A stretch of 64,000 bases of DNA from a virus. The stretch lies in the UHGV virus genome UHGV-0185973. One strand, written 5' to 3'. A model generated the notes under the pieces. The model ran no database searches. It saw nothing but the letters and a program-made list of their open reading frames with translations, and was not told the DNA's origin. A program made the position numbers and the translations under genes. This document shows, in pieces, positions 55,016 through 64,000 of this stretch; the first letter of the stretch is position 1, and every line of letters starts with the position of its first letter.

Positions 55016-56484
55016 TGGCTGGATTAACTACAACTGGTTTGCAGACAAAAAGATATCAAGAAATCTTAGATGATATTAAAGAAAGACTATACAGAGATAT
55101 TTCACCTAACCTTGACGTATCTGAAGATAGCCAGCTTGGACTCTTCTTAGCTTCTGTTTGTAGAGCCTTGGCAGATGCACATGAAATCTTGTCAGAAATC
55201 TATGACGGTGGCACTATTGACAAAGCTGAGGGATTTAGCCTTGATGATGTAACAGCACTGAATGCTGTATACAGATATGTTGCACAAGCTACGAGAGGTC
55301 AGGCTGAGTTTACTGGTGCATCCGGTTCTCCAGTTCCATCTACAACAAGGCTGAGAAGTACAGCAGGTAATATTTTCTACCCTGTATCAACATTTACGCT
55401 AACTCCGTCTTACTGCGTTGAAGCAAATTTGGAAGTTAACTCTTTACGTACTGACTCAAACTATGTTATTATTATTGATAACGTTGAATACTCATATCAA
55501 CCAACAAGCTCAGATACTGTTACAACACTTTTACAGCACTTAGCAGACTCTATCAATGGTGGTCTCGTTGCTAAAGCGGAAGTTGTTAATGATGGTTCTG
55601 TGTTGAAAATCTATAAAGACACTGGAGATATTGTTGCCAGAACAAACCCTATGGTTGTAACTGCAACAACCTTCTTGACATTCACAAAGATTACTACAAT
55701 TAATGATGTAGTGGCTGAACAGACAGGTGCTTTACCAACTCTGGCAGGAACACTTATTGAGATTGAAACAACTGTAGATGGTCTTGACGGTGTATTTAAC
55801 AGGTATGACCTAGTAACTGGACGTGATGAAGAGTCTGATACAGAACTACGTCAGCGTTACCTAGAATCTTTAGCAGTTACTGGTGTGGGTACTTTAGATG
55901 CTATCGTTGCTGCTGTCAAGAGAGTTCAAGGTGTATCTGATGCTTCTGGTGTAGAAAATGACACAGAGACTACTTCTTCTGATGAGTTACCTCCAAAGTC
56001 TTTCAAGATTGTCGTTGTAGGTGGTCAGAACGACAACGTAGCACAGGCTATCTGGGATGCTAAACCTGCTGGTATTAGAGCATACGGCTCTATCTTTGGA
56101 ACAGCTTATGACTTAGGTGACTTACCACATAATGTCTACTTTAGCAGACCAATGCCTAAGTATGTTTTTGTCAAGGTAAAATACTCAATGTACGATGAAG
56201 AATCTTTGAACATCCCTGAACAGGATATCCATGACAGAATTGTGCAGGGTATTAACGCTTATGGTAGAACCTTGAAAGTTGGTAATGACGTTATCCCTAA
56301 CAGAATCTATGGATATGTTTATGACGTTATCCAAGGTATTGAGATTAATGAAATCAAAGTAGCCTTGGCAAATAACCAATCAGTTCCTCCAGCAGATGAC
56401 CAGTACACAACTGCAAGAATCACAGTTGATGGTGACCAGTATACCGTATGGGAAAGCAGTCAGTATACCATTACTAAGGAATAA
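55015..56484 (+). CDS. baseplate J-like protein (putative)
   Basis: 489-aa ORF following the wedge-like gene. Confidence 0.35.
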   Translation: MAGLTTTGLQTKRYQEILDDIKERLYRDISPNLDVSEDSQLGLFLASVCRALADAHEILSEIYDGGTIDKAEGFSLDDVTALNAVYRYVAQATRGQAEFTGASGSPVPSTTRLRSTAGNIFYPVSTFTLTPSYCVEANLEVNSLRTDSNYVIIIDNVEYSYQPTSSDTVTTLLQHLADSINGGLVAKAEVVNDGSVLKIYKDTGDIVARTNPMVVTATTFLTFTKITTINDVVAEQTGALPTLAGTLIEIETTVDGLDGVFNRYDLVTGRDEESDTELRQRYLESLAVTGVGTLDAIVAAVKRVQGVSDASGVENDTETTSSDELPPKSFKIVVVGGQNDNVAQAIWDAKPAGIRAYGSIFGTAYDLGDLPHNVYFSRPMPKYVFVKVKYSMYDEESLNIPEQDIHDRIVQGINAYGRTLKVGNDVIPNRIYGYVYDVIQGIEINEIKVALANNQSVPPADDQYTTARITVDGDQYTVWESSQYTITKE

Positions 56485-56487
56485 TTA

Positions 56488-57345
56488 ATGTTACAAAAAA
56501 TTGACAACATCTATGAAAAGACGTTGGACGAGAGAACTGTAACACAATTCAAAGACAAGTTTATTTACACAAGTCTATTGAAATCTATCACAGATGAGTT
56601 ACAATTGATTGAGGATATTAGTTTTCAGTTATACACTGAACGTAATATTCGTACAGGTGTAGGCCAGCAATTAGATAACATTGGGGCTTTGATTAAAGTC
56701 CCTAGACCTATTGGTGCTACAGATGAAGCTTACAGAGCTATCCTATATATCCAAATCTTTCTAAGACGTTCTGACACAACTCCAACGTTTCTTCAAAGAG
56801 CTATTATGACTCTTTACAATGCTACGTTCAGTCAAATCTTTGAGCATATTACTCCTATGACTGGCGGTATTGTTATAAGAGTTAATACCAGAAACAACGT
56901 TGTAGATACAGCATACACACTTTCAAAGATTGCTGCAACAACTATTGGTTCAGCAGTTATCTTGAGAGATGTGACTTTGAATGGTACTGCATGGACACCT
57001 GTAGAGGTTGCTGACTCAGCTTTAGCAATCACTGATGACAAGAATAGCTGGTTCGTTACAGATAACAACAAAGGTCTTGTAACAAACAACACAGGTGGCT
57101 CTCTTGAGGCAAACTTACTAGGAAGTTTAGCAGATGCTGGTGTAAAGGATGGCTACATGAGGGTTGATAAAACTGGTGGGAGTACCAGTAAAGACTACTT
57201 CAAAGTCTCTAAGACAGCAAACGGTAATGACTATTTCATTGCTGGTAAAGAAACAGTCGCAGGTGGTGATTACGGTGTAATGGCTGAGGTTGCACAAATC
57301 ATCAAAGGCAGAAAAGATAAATCCCAACAAGAAGGAAGTTCATAA
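56488..57345 (+). CDS. baseplate/tail fibre-associated protein (putative)
   Basis: 285-aa ORF between baseplate J-like and fibre genes. Confidence 0.35.
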   Translation: MLQKIDNIYEKTLDERTVTQFKDKFIYTSLLKSITDELQLIEDISFQLYTERNIRTGVGQQLDNIGALIKVPRPIGATDEAYRAILYIQIFLRRSDTTPTFLQRAIMTLYNATFSQIFEHITPMTGGIVIRVNTRNNVVDTAYTLSKIAATTIGSAVILRDVTLNGTAWTPVEVADSALAITDDKNSWFVTDNNKGLVTNNTGGSLEANLLGSLADAGVKDGYMRVDKTGGSTSKDYFKVSKTANGNDYFIAGKETVAGGDYGVMAEVAQIIKGRKDKSQQEGSS

Positions 57346-57647
57346 TGGCAGATTTAAATTGGGCTACAGGCTCAGTAGATGCTGATGGTAACCAGCTTAA
57401 AGTATTACCACCACCAGAAGTTCAAGCAACTGGCCTTTTAAGGGGTGAACCTATGGGCCGTCAGTGGTTTAACTATATCTTAAACTACCTTCTGGTAAAA
57501 GTAAACGGGACGGTAGGTGAAGTCAAATCTTTTGCCACTGAACAACCTGATTTAGTTGAAAGTGGTTGGACGCTTATTAAAACAGAAACAGGTACTGCAA
57601 CAACATCGACAACAAACCTATACACATATGAATATGTAGGGAGCTAA
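57345..57647 (+). CDS. hypothetical tail protein
   Basis: 100-aa ORF overlapping neighbours. Confidence 0.4.
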   Translation: MADLNWATGSVDADGNQLKVLPPPEVQATGLLRGEPMGRQWFNYILNYLLVKVNGTVGEVKSFATEQPDLVESGWTLIKTETGTATTSTTNLYTYEYVGS

Positions 57648-57649
57648 TA

Positions 57650-58858
57650 ATGGCAGTTGGTGAAATTCAAATTAGTGCATTACCTCAAGCCTCTCTACCA
57701 ATCGGGCTTAGTGATATTTTTCACTTGAAGCAGGGTATTGAGGATAAAAGGTGTACACTAGAGCAATTACTTGCTCCACACGCATCTTTAAAGAATAACC
57801 CACACGAAGTTACAAAAAATCAGGTTGGTTTGAGTAGTGTTATTAACGCACTCCAATTAGTTGCTGCTAATAACTTGTCAGATGTTGTTAATGTTCAGGA
57901 AGCAAGAGCAAACTTAGGAATCCTTTCAAGTGACCAAGTTAATGCTCTTATTCAGACTCACATTGATGACAAGAATAACCCTCACAATACTACGAAGGGT
58001 CAAGTTGGATTAGGTAACCTCCAGAACTGGACATACTCCAATTCATACTCTGAAGATGCTGACAAATATGCTACAGCAAGGGCTGTAAACGCACTGTACA
58101 GGGCTATTCAGAATAGTTACCCGATTGGTTCTATTCACCTGACTGTGAACCCTGCAAACCCCACTACGTACCTTCTTTGTGGGGGTACTTGGGAACTTGT
58201 CTCTAAAGGTAGAGCACTTGTAGGTTATGATACAGATTCCAGACCAGTTGATTCAACATTTGGTAGTCAGAATGTGACATTGAACAGTAACCACTTACCT
58301 GCTCACAGCCACTCAATTTACCTAACTGGTGGTACTCACAAGCATGGTAATAGTGTTTCTGTATCAAGCTTTGACTACGGAACAAGAACTACAAGTGGTT
58401 TTGACTATGGCACAAAGGCTACTAGTGGTTTTGACTATGGAAGCAAATCAACGACTCCATTTGATTATGGAAACAAATCTACGGATTATAGTGGCGACCA
58501 TACCCATACGATTCCAGATTTTCCTGCTTATGAATGGAAAAATGCCACCGACAATGGTCGTTACAGAATGGGGATTAACACTAGAGATGGGGTAACAGGC
58601 TCATCCGGGAATCACGCGCATACAGTCTATATTGGTGCTCATAGCCATTCTGTGTATATCGGTGCTCACAACCACACACTTGATATCGGTGCTCACAACC
58701 ATACTTTGGCAATTGGTGCTCACACACATACAGTAACTGTAGACATTGAAGATGCTGACCATACACACTCTGGTACAACTGGTAACACTGGTAGTGGACA
58801 AGCTTTTAGTGTGGAGCAACCTTCCTATGTAGTTTACATCTGGAAGAGAGTAGCTTAA
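57650..58858 (+). CDS. tail fibre protein with tandem FDYG repeats and His-x-His repeats
   Basis: Four copies of SGFDYGTKAT-like 12-aa repeats and four IGAHNHT-like repeats; HxH motifs as in metal-binding receptor-binding tips. Confidence 0.6.
   Translation: MAVGEIQISALPQASLPIGLSDIFHLKQGIEDKRCTLEQLLAPHASLKNNPHEVTKNQVGLSSVINALQLVAANNLSDVVNVQEARANLGILSSDQVNALIQTHIDDKNNPHNTTKGQVGLGNLQNWTYSNSYSEDADKYATARAVNALYRAIQNSYPIGSIHLTVNPANPTTYLLCGGTWELVSKGRALVGYDTDSRPVDSTFGSQNVTLNSNHLPAHSHSIYLTGGTHKHGNSVSVSSFDYGTRTTSGFDYGTKATSGFDYGSKSTTPFDYGNKSTDYSGDHTHTIPDFPAYEWKNATDNGRYRMGINTRDGVTGSSGNHAHTVYIGAHSHSVYIGAHNHTLDIGAHNHTLAIGAHTHTVTVDIEDADHTHSGTTGNTGSGQAFSVEQPSYVVYIWKRVA
58368..58486 (+). repeat. in-frame 36-bp tandem repeat (FDYG repeats)
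   Basis: TTTGACTATGG...N units repeated about 3.3 times within the tail fibre gene. Confidence 0.6.
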
Positions 58859-58904
58859 TTATTTTTAAGGGGGCTGTAAAGCCCTCTATTAAGAGGATTG
58901 ATAA

Positions 58905-61253
58905 ATGGCTGAATACAAACTAAGTGAACTAAACAGTATTGATACAGTTCGCTCAGACGACCTATTACATTTGAGAGTTATTAAAAGACCTGAAATGTTA
59001 GGTGACGAAGACCGTAAAATTACTTACGCAAATTTTCTAGCCTCATTTAGACTTGAAAGATTCCTGCAATTATCTGGTGGAACTATGACAGGTAATTTGG
59101 GAATTGTGAAGTTAACTTACGGTGGAAAAGATTTATTTGACCCTACAAATTCTTCTGAAATTTCTATTGGGGATACTGCAAAGACTTTTAAAGTTAATGC
59201 AAATGGTCTTGCTTTAAAAGTTGCCGATGCAACAAGAACTGCATTTGTTTATCACACTCTGAATAAACCAAGCCCAGCAGATTTGGGTATGAGAACAAAT
59301 GCTGAAAATGATGCAAGATATGCTATTAAGAATGCAGATAACACCTTTGCAGCTAGGCAGATTGTTAATATCAACGGTGCTGGTATTACCCTGAAAAGTA
59401 TCTTCCCAGATGCTGGAGCATATTTTGAAGCAAGAGACTCTAACAATGCTTTGAGATTTACTGTAGGTAACTTGGATGCAAGTTCAGATGTTACTTTAGT
59501 AAATAGCAAGGGTGCTAAGTTGACTCTTGGGACAAACGCTGTTAGTGTTGATAAGGATTTTGCAATTACTGGTCAAGTATTACCAAGTGATTTGTCTAAC
59601 TTCGATGCAAGATACTACACTCAGAATGCTGCTGACCAGAGATTTGCAAGACTGACTGCAAATAACACCTTCTCAGGTACTAACAATTTCACAAACTATC
59701 AGACAATCACTTCTGATGGGGCTTTGCTGAGATTGAAGCCAGCTACAGCAAATGGTGCAGTGTTTGTTCAAGCTTATGCAGGTTCTGGCTCAGAGTCTTG
59801 GTATCTTGGTCAACCTGACGGGACTAAGCAGGATGTTAACTTGTTTAACCAGATGACAGGTGCAACTATGAGACTCTCTACAGAGTTCTTCTTCAGTAAA
59901 GCACTAAACGTTACTGGACAGGTTAAGCCAAGTGACTACAACAACTTTGACTCAAGATACCTGCCAGCTTCTTTAGGTAGCACACTTGCTAGGACTAACT
60001 CTGCAAATACTTTTAATGGTATTCAGACTATCCTATCTGATGAAACTCCGCTTCTACTGAAGAATAATACACTTAATGCACCATTGTATATTTCAGGGAT
60101 TAATGCAAACAACATTAGAAGATGGTATCTTGGTAATGGAGACCGTTACAATCCAGAATCCCTATTTTTGTCTAATGACACAACAGGTGCAGCGATTGTA
60201 TTAAGTAACACCATTAATATGACTAAGACCATTAATGTTACTGGTCAGGTTCAACCAAGTGATTTGTCTAACTTTGATGCAAGATACTTCTTAAAAGGTT
60301 ATTTCATTGGTCAATCAGTTATGACAAGAACGGTCAATGCTCTTGACAAACCAAACACTTTTGACATTAACTACGCAGGGTTTGTGAGAGCAAATGGTAT
60401 GATTGATGGGTTAGGCTCTTTAGCTATTCATGTTCCACACTCTGCTGGTTGTGAGCATGGTAGAGGCATTAGTTTTGACTATGGAAGTGTGGGTTCGGGT
60501 CTTGGTCTAGGCACATATGCCTATGATGCAAGTGGTAATTACCGTGGTTCAGCAGAAATCTACACAACTGCCAGAAAACCAACAACTGCGGAGTTAGGTG
60601 TGTACAGTAAAGCAGAAACTGACCAGAGAATTGCAACAGCTATCACAAACTCAACAGACCTAAACAAGATTTACCCTGTAGGTATGGTTACACTGTTTGC
60701 TTCTAATGTCAACCCTAACGTAGCCTTTGCAGGAACTACTTGGGCTTACTTGGCAAATGGACAGTTTAGAACTATCCGTATTGCATCGTCAACTGGTGAA
60801 GATGTTGGTTCGGTTGGTGGTTCAGATACTAAGAGTATTGCCGTTGGGCATCTTCCAAACCACACGCACAGTTTCTCAGGTACTGTATCGACATTTGACC
60901 ACGGAACAATTGGTACTTCACTAAACGGTTGGCATGGTCACTCTGTGAGTGGCTCTACTGCTGCTGCTGGTGCTCACAACCACACATCATTTGCACTTGG
61001 TTGGCAGAAGGGATGGGGTTTCCCAGCCGGTAACCAGAACATGGGTGAGTATGCAAAACCAACGTCAACTAATGGTGAACACGCTCACTCATTCTCCGGC
61101 ACTGCTGCTGGCGATGGTAACCACACTCACACTGTTCCAGTTGGTGCTCACAACCATACTTTCAGTGGTAACACTGGTGGTACGGGTTCTGGTTCAGCAT
61201 TTGACGTTACTAACGCATTCATTAAATTGATGGCATGGGTTAGAACTGCGTAA
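58905..61253 (+). CDS. long tail fibre protein with His-x-His C-terminal tip
   Basis: 782-aa ORF with repeated SDxSNFDARY blocks; C-terminus GAHNHTSF...GEHAHSF...GNHTHTVPVGAHNHTF related to the preceding fibre. Confidence 0.6.
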   Translation: MAEYKLSELNSIDTVRSDDLLHLRVIKRPEMLGDEDRKITYANFLASFRLERFLQLSGGTMTGNLGIVKLTYGGKDLFDPTNSSEISIGDTAKTFKVNANGLALKVADATRTAFVYHTLNKPSPADLGMRTNAENDARYAIKNADNTFAARQIVNINGAGITLKSIFPDAGAYFEARDSNNALRFTVGNLDASSDVTLVNSKGAKLTLGTNAVSVDKDFAITGQVLPSDLSNFDARYYTQNAADQRFARLTANNTFSGTNNFTNYQTITSDGALLRLKPATANGAVFVQAYAGSGSESWYLGQPDGTKQDVNLFNQMTGATMRLSTEFFFSKALNVTGQVKPSDYNNFDSRYLPASLGSTLARTNSANTFNGIQTILSDETPLLLKNNTLNAPLYISGINANNIRRWYLGNGDRYNPESLFLSNDTTGAAIVLSNTINMTKTINVTGQVQPSDLSNFDARYFLKGYFIGQSVMTRTVNALDKPNTFDINYAGFVRANGMIDGLGSLAIHVPHSAGCEHGRGISFDYGSVGSGLGLGTYAYDASGNYRGSAEIYTTARKPTTAELGVYSKAETDQRIATAITNSTDLNKIYPVGMVTLFASNVNPNVAFAGTTWAYLANGQFRTIRIASSTGEDVGSVGGSDTKSIAVGHLPNHTHSFSGTVSTFDHGTIGTSLNGWHGHSVSGSTAAAGAHNHTSFALGWQKGWGFPAGNQNMGEYAKPTSTNGEHAHSFSGTAAGDGNHTHTVPVGAHNHTFSGNTGGTGSGSAFDVTNAFIKLMAWVRTA

Positions 61254-61261
61254 TCAACTTA

Positions 61262-61290
61262 TTGACTAATTGTTAAGATGGTGTTAATAT
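61262..61290 (+). promoter_or_regulatory. promoter-like element (TTGACT-N17-TAATAT) within 9-bp inverted repeat
   Basis: AAGATGGTG (61275-61283) and CACCATCTT (61308-61316) flank the -10. Confidence 0.4.
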
Positions 61291-61339
61291 TTCTTAGTAG
61301 GTATTCTCACCATCTTGGCTTAAGAAGTAAGGTGATTAA

Positions 61340-61534
61340 ATGCCAACTATCCTAGCAATCCTCTTAAAAAACCTTGGGGCATTCTTCTGGAAGCTTGCAC
61401 TTTCTCTTCTAAGTGAATACATGATTGAAAAAGCATTCTTCAGACTTGCAAGATACCTTGCGAGTAAGACTGATACGCCTATCGACGATGAATTTGTAGA
61501 TAACTTGGAAAAAGCTTTTAAAGGTGAGAAATAA
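61340..61534 (+). CDS. small membrane-associated protein (holin candidate, weak)
   Basis: N-terminal hydrophobic segment ILAILLKNLGAFFWKLALSLL, acidic C-terminus. Confidence 0.35.
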   Translation: MPTILAILLKNLGAFFWKLALSLLSEYMIEKAFFRLARYLASKTDTPIDDEFVDNLEKAFKGEK

Positions 61535-61908
61535 TGAAGTGGTTAGAAGATGCTTTCAAGAATAATATCGGTGCAATTGTTGTAGGTATTTTCAGTGTAA
61601 TTGGGATGTACACTACAATGCAGGTCTCTGACGGAAAGCAAGAAGTTTCTATCAACACAAAGTTACAACAGTTGGATAGTTACTCAAAAGGTAACTATTC
61701 ATCTATTCGTGATTTGCAGTCTGATATGAGACTTCTTCAGTTAGGTATGGAGAACCAGAAGGTACAGCTAGAGAACGTTAAGGGGGAAAACGCTAAGTTG
61801 ACCAAAACCCTTGATAAATTCTCAGATAGTGTGAACAACTTAGCACAGTCTGTATCAGCTTTACAAGCAATTACCGAACAAAATACACAAAGCACTAAGA
61901 AAAAATAA
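61534..61908 (+). CDS. membrane protein with N-terminal TM helix and coiled-coil domain
   Basis: TM segment IGAIVVGIFSVIGMY then heptad-like sequence; ATGA overlap with upstream gene. Confidence 0.4.
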   Translation: MKWLEDAFKNNIGAIVVGIFSVIGMYTTMQVSDGKQEVSINTKLQQLDSYSKGNYSSIRDLQSDMRLLQLGMENQKVQLENVKGENAKLTKTLDKFSDSVNNLAQSVSALQAITEQNTQSTKKK

Positions 61909-61913
61909 TGTTA

Positions 61914-61940
61914 AGGCTCCCGTAAAAAGGAGCCTTTTTC
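61914..61940. terminator. bidirectional rho-independent terminator (GGCTCC/GGAGCC family)
   Basis: GGCTCC-cgtaaaa-GGAGCC followed by TTTTT; between convergent genes. Confidence 0.7.
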
Positions 61941-61944
61941 TTAT

Positions 61945-62844
61945 CTACTTACCAACTGACAAGGGAGCTTCAATCTTCCCTGCATGACGGTAATCTTTCA
62001 AGCCACCTATGAAGTCACTTGCAGTTTTATGTTTAATGTCTTCAAGGCATTTCAAGTCTTGAACAATCTCAAATTTAGGTGCTGGAAACTCTTCATTACC
62101 TAGCAACTGGAAAACCTGAGACATATGGTTTTGATAAATTTGAGTATCCCCAAAAGTGCCTACCAAGTATCTTGGAGTGTACCCTGTCATCTTACACAGA
62201 ACATGCAAAATAAAACCATATGATGCAATATTAAATGGTAAACCTAAGAAGGTGTCACATGACCTTTGATACCATTTCAAATCCATCTCTCCAGTATTCG
62301 AAACATAAATCTGGAAAAGAACATGACAAGGTGCTAATGCCATAGAACCACTTGCAATATCTGCTGCATTCCAAGCATTAACCAGCATGTAACGGTCTGT
62401 AGGAGACTTTTTAACCTTATCAATAAGAATGTCTAACTGGTCAACTACAACGCCACCATGACCTTCTGAAGCCCTCCACTGGACACCATAGATTCGTCCA
62501 CCTGCATCTTCCAGCCAATCCTTCTCAGTCGCATAAGAAGTCTTCAACCAACGCTTGAAGTCATCTGTCCAGATAGTCCAACGTTCTCCGTCATTCTCTC
62601 CCCAAGTTCTGTATCGAAGAGTTCCAAGGGTGTTTTCACCATTTAAGAACCAAAGTGCTTCCCCAATTACCTGACGCATGAAGGTTTGCTTTGAAGTGAT
62701 TAATGGGAATCCAGAACGCATATCAAAGCGAAACTCTGGTGGAGCAAAGGTGGTAACAACTTTACCAGTTCGTGTATCACGCTGCTCACCGACTGTTAAA
62801 ACATGGTTCAAAATATTCTTGTAACTTACATCTGCTTGTGACAT
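61945..62844 (-). CDS. thyA: thymidylate synthase
   Basis: Catalytic-Cys motif ALAPCHVLFQIYV; 299 aa. Confidence 0.85.
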   Translation of the reverse strand: MSQADVSYKNILNHVLTVGEQRDTRTGKVVTTFAPPEFRFDMRSGFPLITSKQTFMRQVIGEALWFLNGENTLGTLRYRTWGENDGERWTIWTDDFKRWLKTSYATEKDWLEDAGGRIYGVQWRASEGHGGVVVDQLDILIDKVKKSPTDRYMLVNAWNAADIASGSMALAPCHVLFQIYVSNTGEMDLKWYQRSCDTFLGLPFNIASYGFILHVLCKMTGYTPRYLVGTFGDTQIYQNHMSQVFQLLGNEEFPAPKFEIVQDLKCLEDIKHKTASDFIGGLKDYRHAGKIEAPLSVGK

Positions 62845-62845
62845 A

Positions 62846-63391
62846 TCAGAAACGTCCTCTTACTTGTGGAACATAAATGTTGAATACAACGCTGTCATCC
62901 TTCGATGGTTTTGACTGTATTCTAGCAAAAGTTGACTCATCATACAAGTACTCAAAGAAACCCTTGTAAGGAAGCTTCACAGTTGCTTCTTCAGTCACTT
63001 CACGAATATATGTTTGACAAACTGCATCTGCATATGGTAAAGCTTGGATTAGAATGCTTGCCCCGCCAATTATACAAACATCTTGCTCGATACTATTATC
63101 AAGATGTTTTAAGAATGCCCCAAAAGCGTCTGAATGAACCTTAGCAAACATTACATCTTCTCTACCAAAATCTATACCTTCATACGGTAATGAGTTTGTC
63201 AGAACAATATTATCACGGTCTGGTAAAGGTTTGCTTCCAAGACTCTTGAAAGTGTCATTACCCATAACTACCAATTGACCTGTGGTAATCTTTTTGAACT
63301 CTTGCATGTCTTGCTTATTACGAGGCCAAGGCATACCAGAAGGACAACCAAACTCCCCGTTAAGACCATTTGCAAAAACTAATTTAATCAT
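62846..63391 (-). CDS. folA: dihydrofolate reductase
   Basis: N-terminus MIKLVFANGLNGEFGCPSGMPWP...LVVMGNDTFKSLG...PLPDRDNIVLT matches DHFR; adjacent to thyA. Confidence 0.8.
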   Translation of the reverse strand: MIKLVFANGLNGEFGCPSGMPWPRNKQDMQEFKKITTGQLVVMGNDTFKSLGSKPLPDRDNIVLTNSLPYEGIDFGREDVMFAKVHSDAFGAFLKHLDNSIEQDVCIIGGASILIQALPYADAVCQTYIREVTEEATVKLPYKGFFEYLYDESTFARIQSKPSKDDSVVFNIYVPQVRGRF

Positions 63392-63660
63392 TGTGTGAAC
63401 CCCTTTACAATAAACCAGTTAGCAATATTTTTAACAAATTTAACTGGGTGAAATACTAAATGTGGTTGTGGTTCATAACCACCATAAGCCCAGAAAGAGA
63501 TAATGTTATTACAATCCGTGCAACGTGTATACTCTTCGGCTACATTACCTGCGACAATCTCTGTAATCTCACCTTGGAAATTTGTACCTCCACAATGTGG
63601 GCATTTTAAAGGTTCGCCGTCTTGACTGTAACAGTGTTCAAACTTCTCAAACAGTTTCAT
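63388..63660 (-). CDS. small zinc-ribbon protein
   Basis: CPHCGG and CTDCNN pairs. Confidence 0.45.
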   Translation of the reverse strand: MKLFEKFEHCYSQDGEPLKCPHCGGTNFQGEITEIVAGNVAEEYTRCTDCNNIISFWAYGGYEPQPHLVFHPVKFVKNIANWFIVKGFTQ

Positions 63661-63929
63661 TTTTTGTTTACCTTAAAAGTTTGCTGGATATCAACTACGA
63701 AGTCTAAATCATCACACTCACTTGATAGGAAATCTTCAAAGTGTTTTGGTATAAAACTTAGGAAATCCATAGAACCCAAATCACCTACTAAGCGAATGTA
63801 ATAATCGTTCTCGCAAGTTGCATTAACTAAATGCCGTCCTATGTATGGCTTCACAATATCTCTTATATCATCTACGAAGATATTCAAAAGAGCTTTGAAG
63901 GATTTAGGGTACTGAGTTCCTCCATACAA
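63657..63929 (-). CDS. hypothetical protein
   Basis: 90-aa ORF with ATGA overlaps; a further minus-strand gene ends at about 63950 and runs off the window. Confidence 0.45.
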   Translation of the reverse strand: MYGGTQYPKSFKALLNIFVDDIRDIVKPYIGRHLVNATCENDYYIRLVGDLGSMDFLSFIPKHFEDFLSSECDDLDFVVDIQQTFKVNKK

Positions 63930-64000
63930 GTCAATGCTTGCTTCAGTCTTTACAGAGATTGATTTAGCATCTCTGAACTCAGTTGAGAAAAGATGAGCAG

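Overview
This 64-kb window reads as a contiguous segment of a large virulent myovirus-type phage genome, most consistent with a Felix O1-like (Ounavirinae-type) phage; no integrase or host genes are seen. All calls rest on manual motif reading of the six-frame track and the DNA, with no searches run. Layout: (1) 1-16.3 kb, rightward early/metabolic genes (NrdG, HNH endonuclease, a Prs-like + NadV-like NAD+ pair, rIIA, rIIB, secreted SLT transglycosylase, HAD hydrolase, Dam methylase, ParB-like protein, spanin-like pair, TARG1-type macrodomain protein); (2) 16.3-22.1 kb, about 13 small ORFs each preceded by a near-identical intergenic cassette, one ORF carrying PARP-like ADP-ribosyltransferase motifs; (3) 22.1-23.9 kb, an ORF-free, repeat-dense region between convergent terminators; (4) 24.0-30.4 kb, a leftward operon with a T4-lysozyme-type endolysin; (5) 30.6-38.0 kb, an AT-hook-like protein, a vWA/MIDAS protein and a cluster of about 27 tRNA or tRNA-like genes interleaved with an HNH endonuclease, small ORFs and repeated spacer elements; (6) 38.1-61.9 kb, a structural module (terminase, portal, S49 protease, decoration and capsid proteins, sheath, tube, tape measure, baseplate, His-x-His tail fibres); (7) 61.9-64.0 kb, leftward thymidylate synthase and dihydrofolate reductase. 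The most interesting candidates are a possible NAD+/ADP-ribose toolkit (Prs-like + NadV-like, macrodomain, PARP-like ORF), the cassette array, and the 1.8-kb non-coding region with helically phased TGTTA repeats. tRNA anticodons and boundaries were folded by eye and need tRNAscan-SE confirmation.
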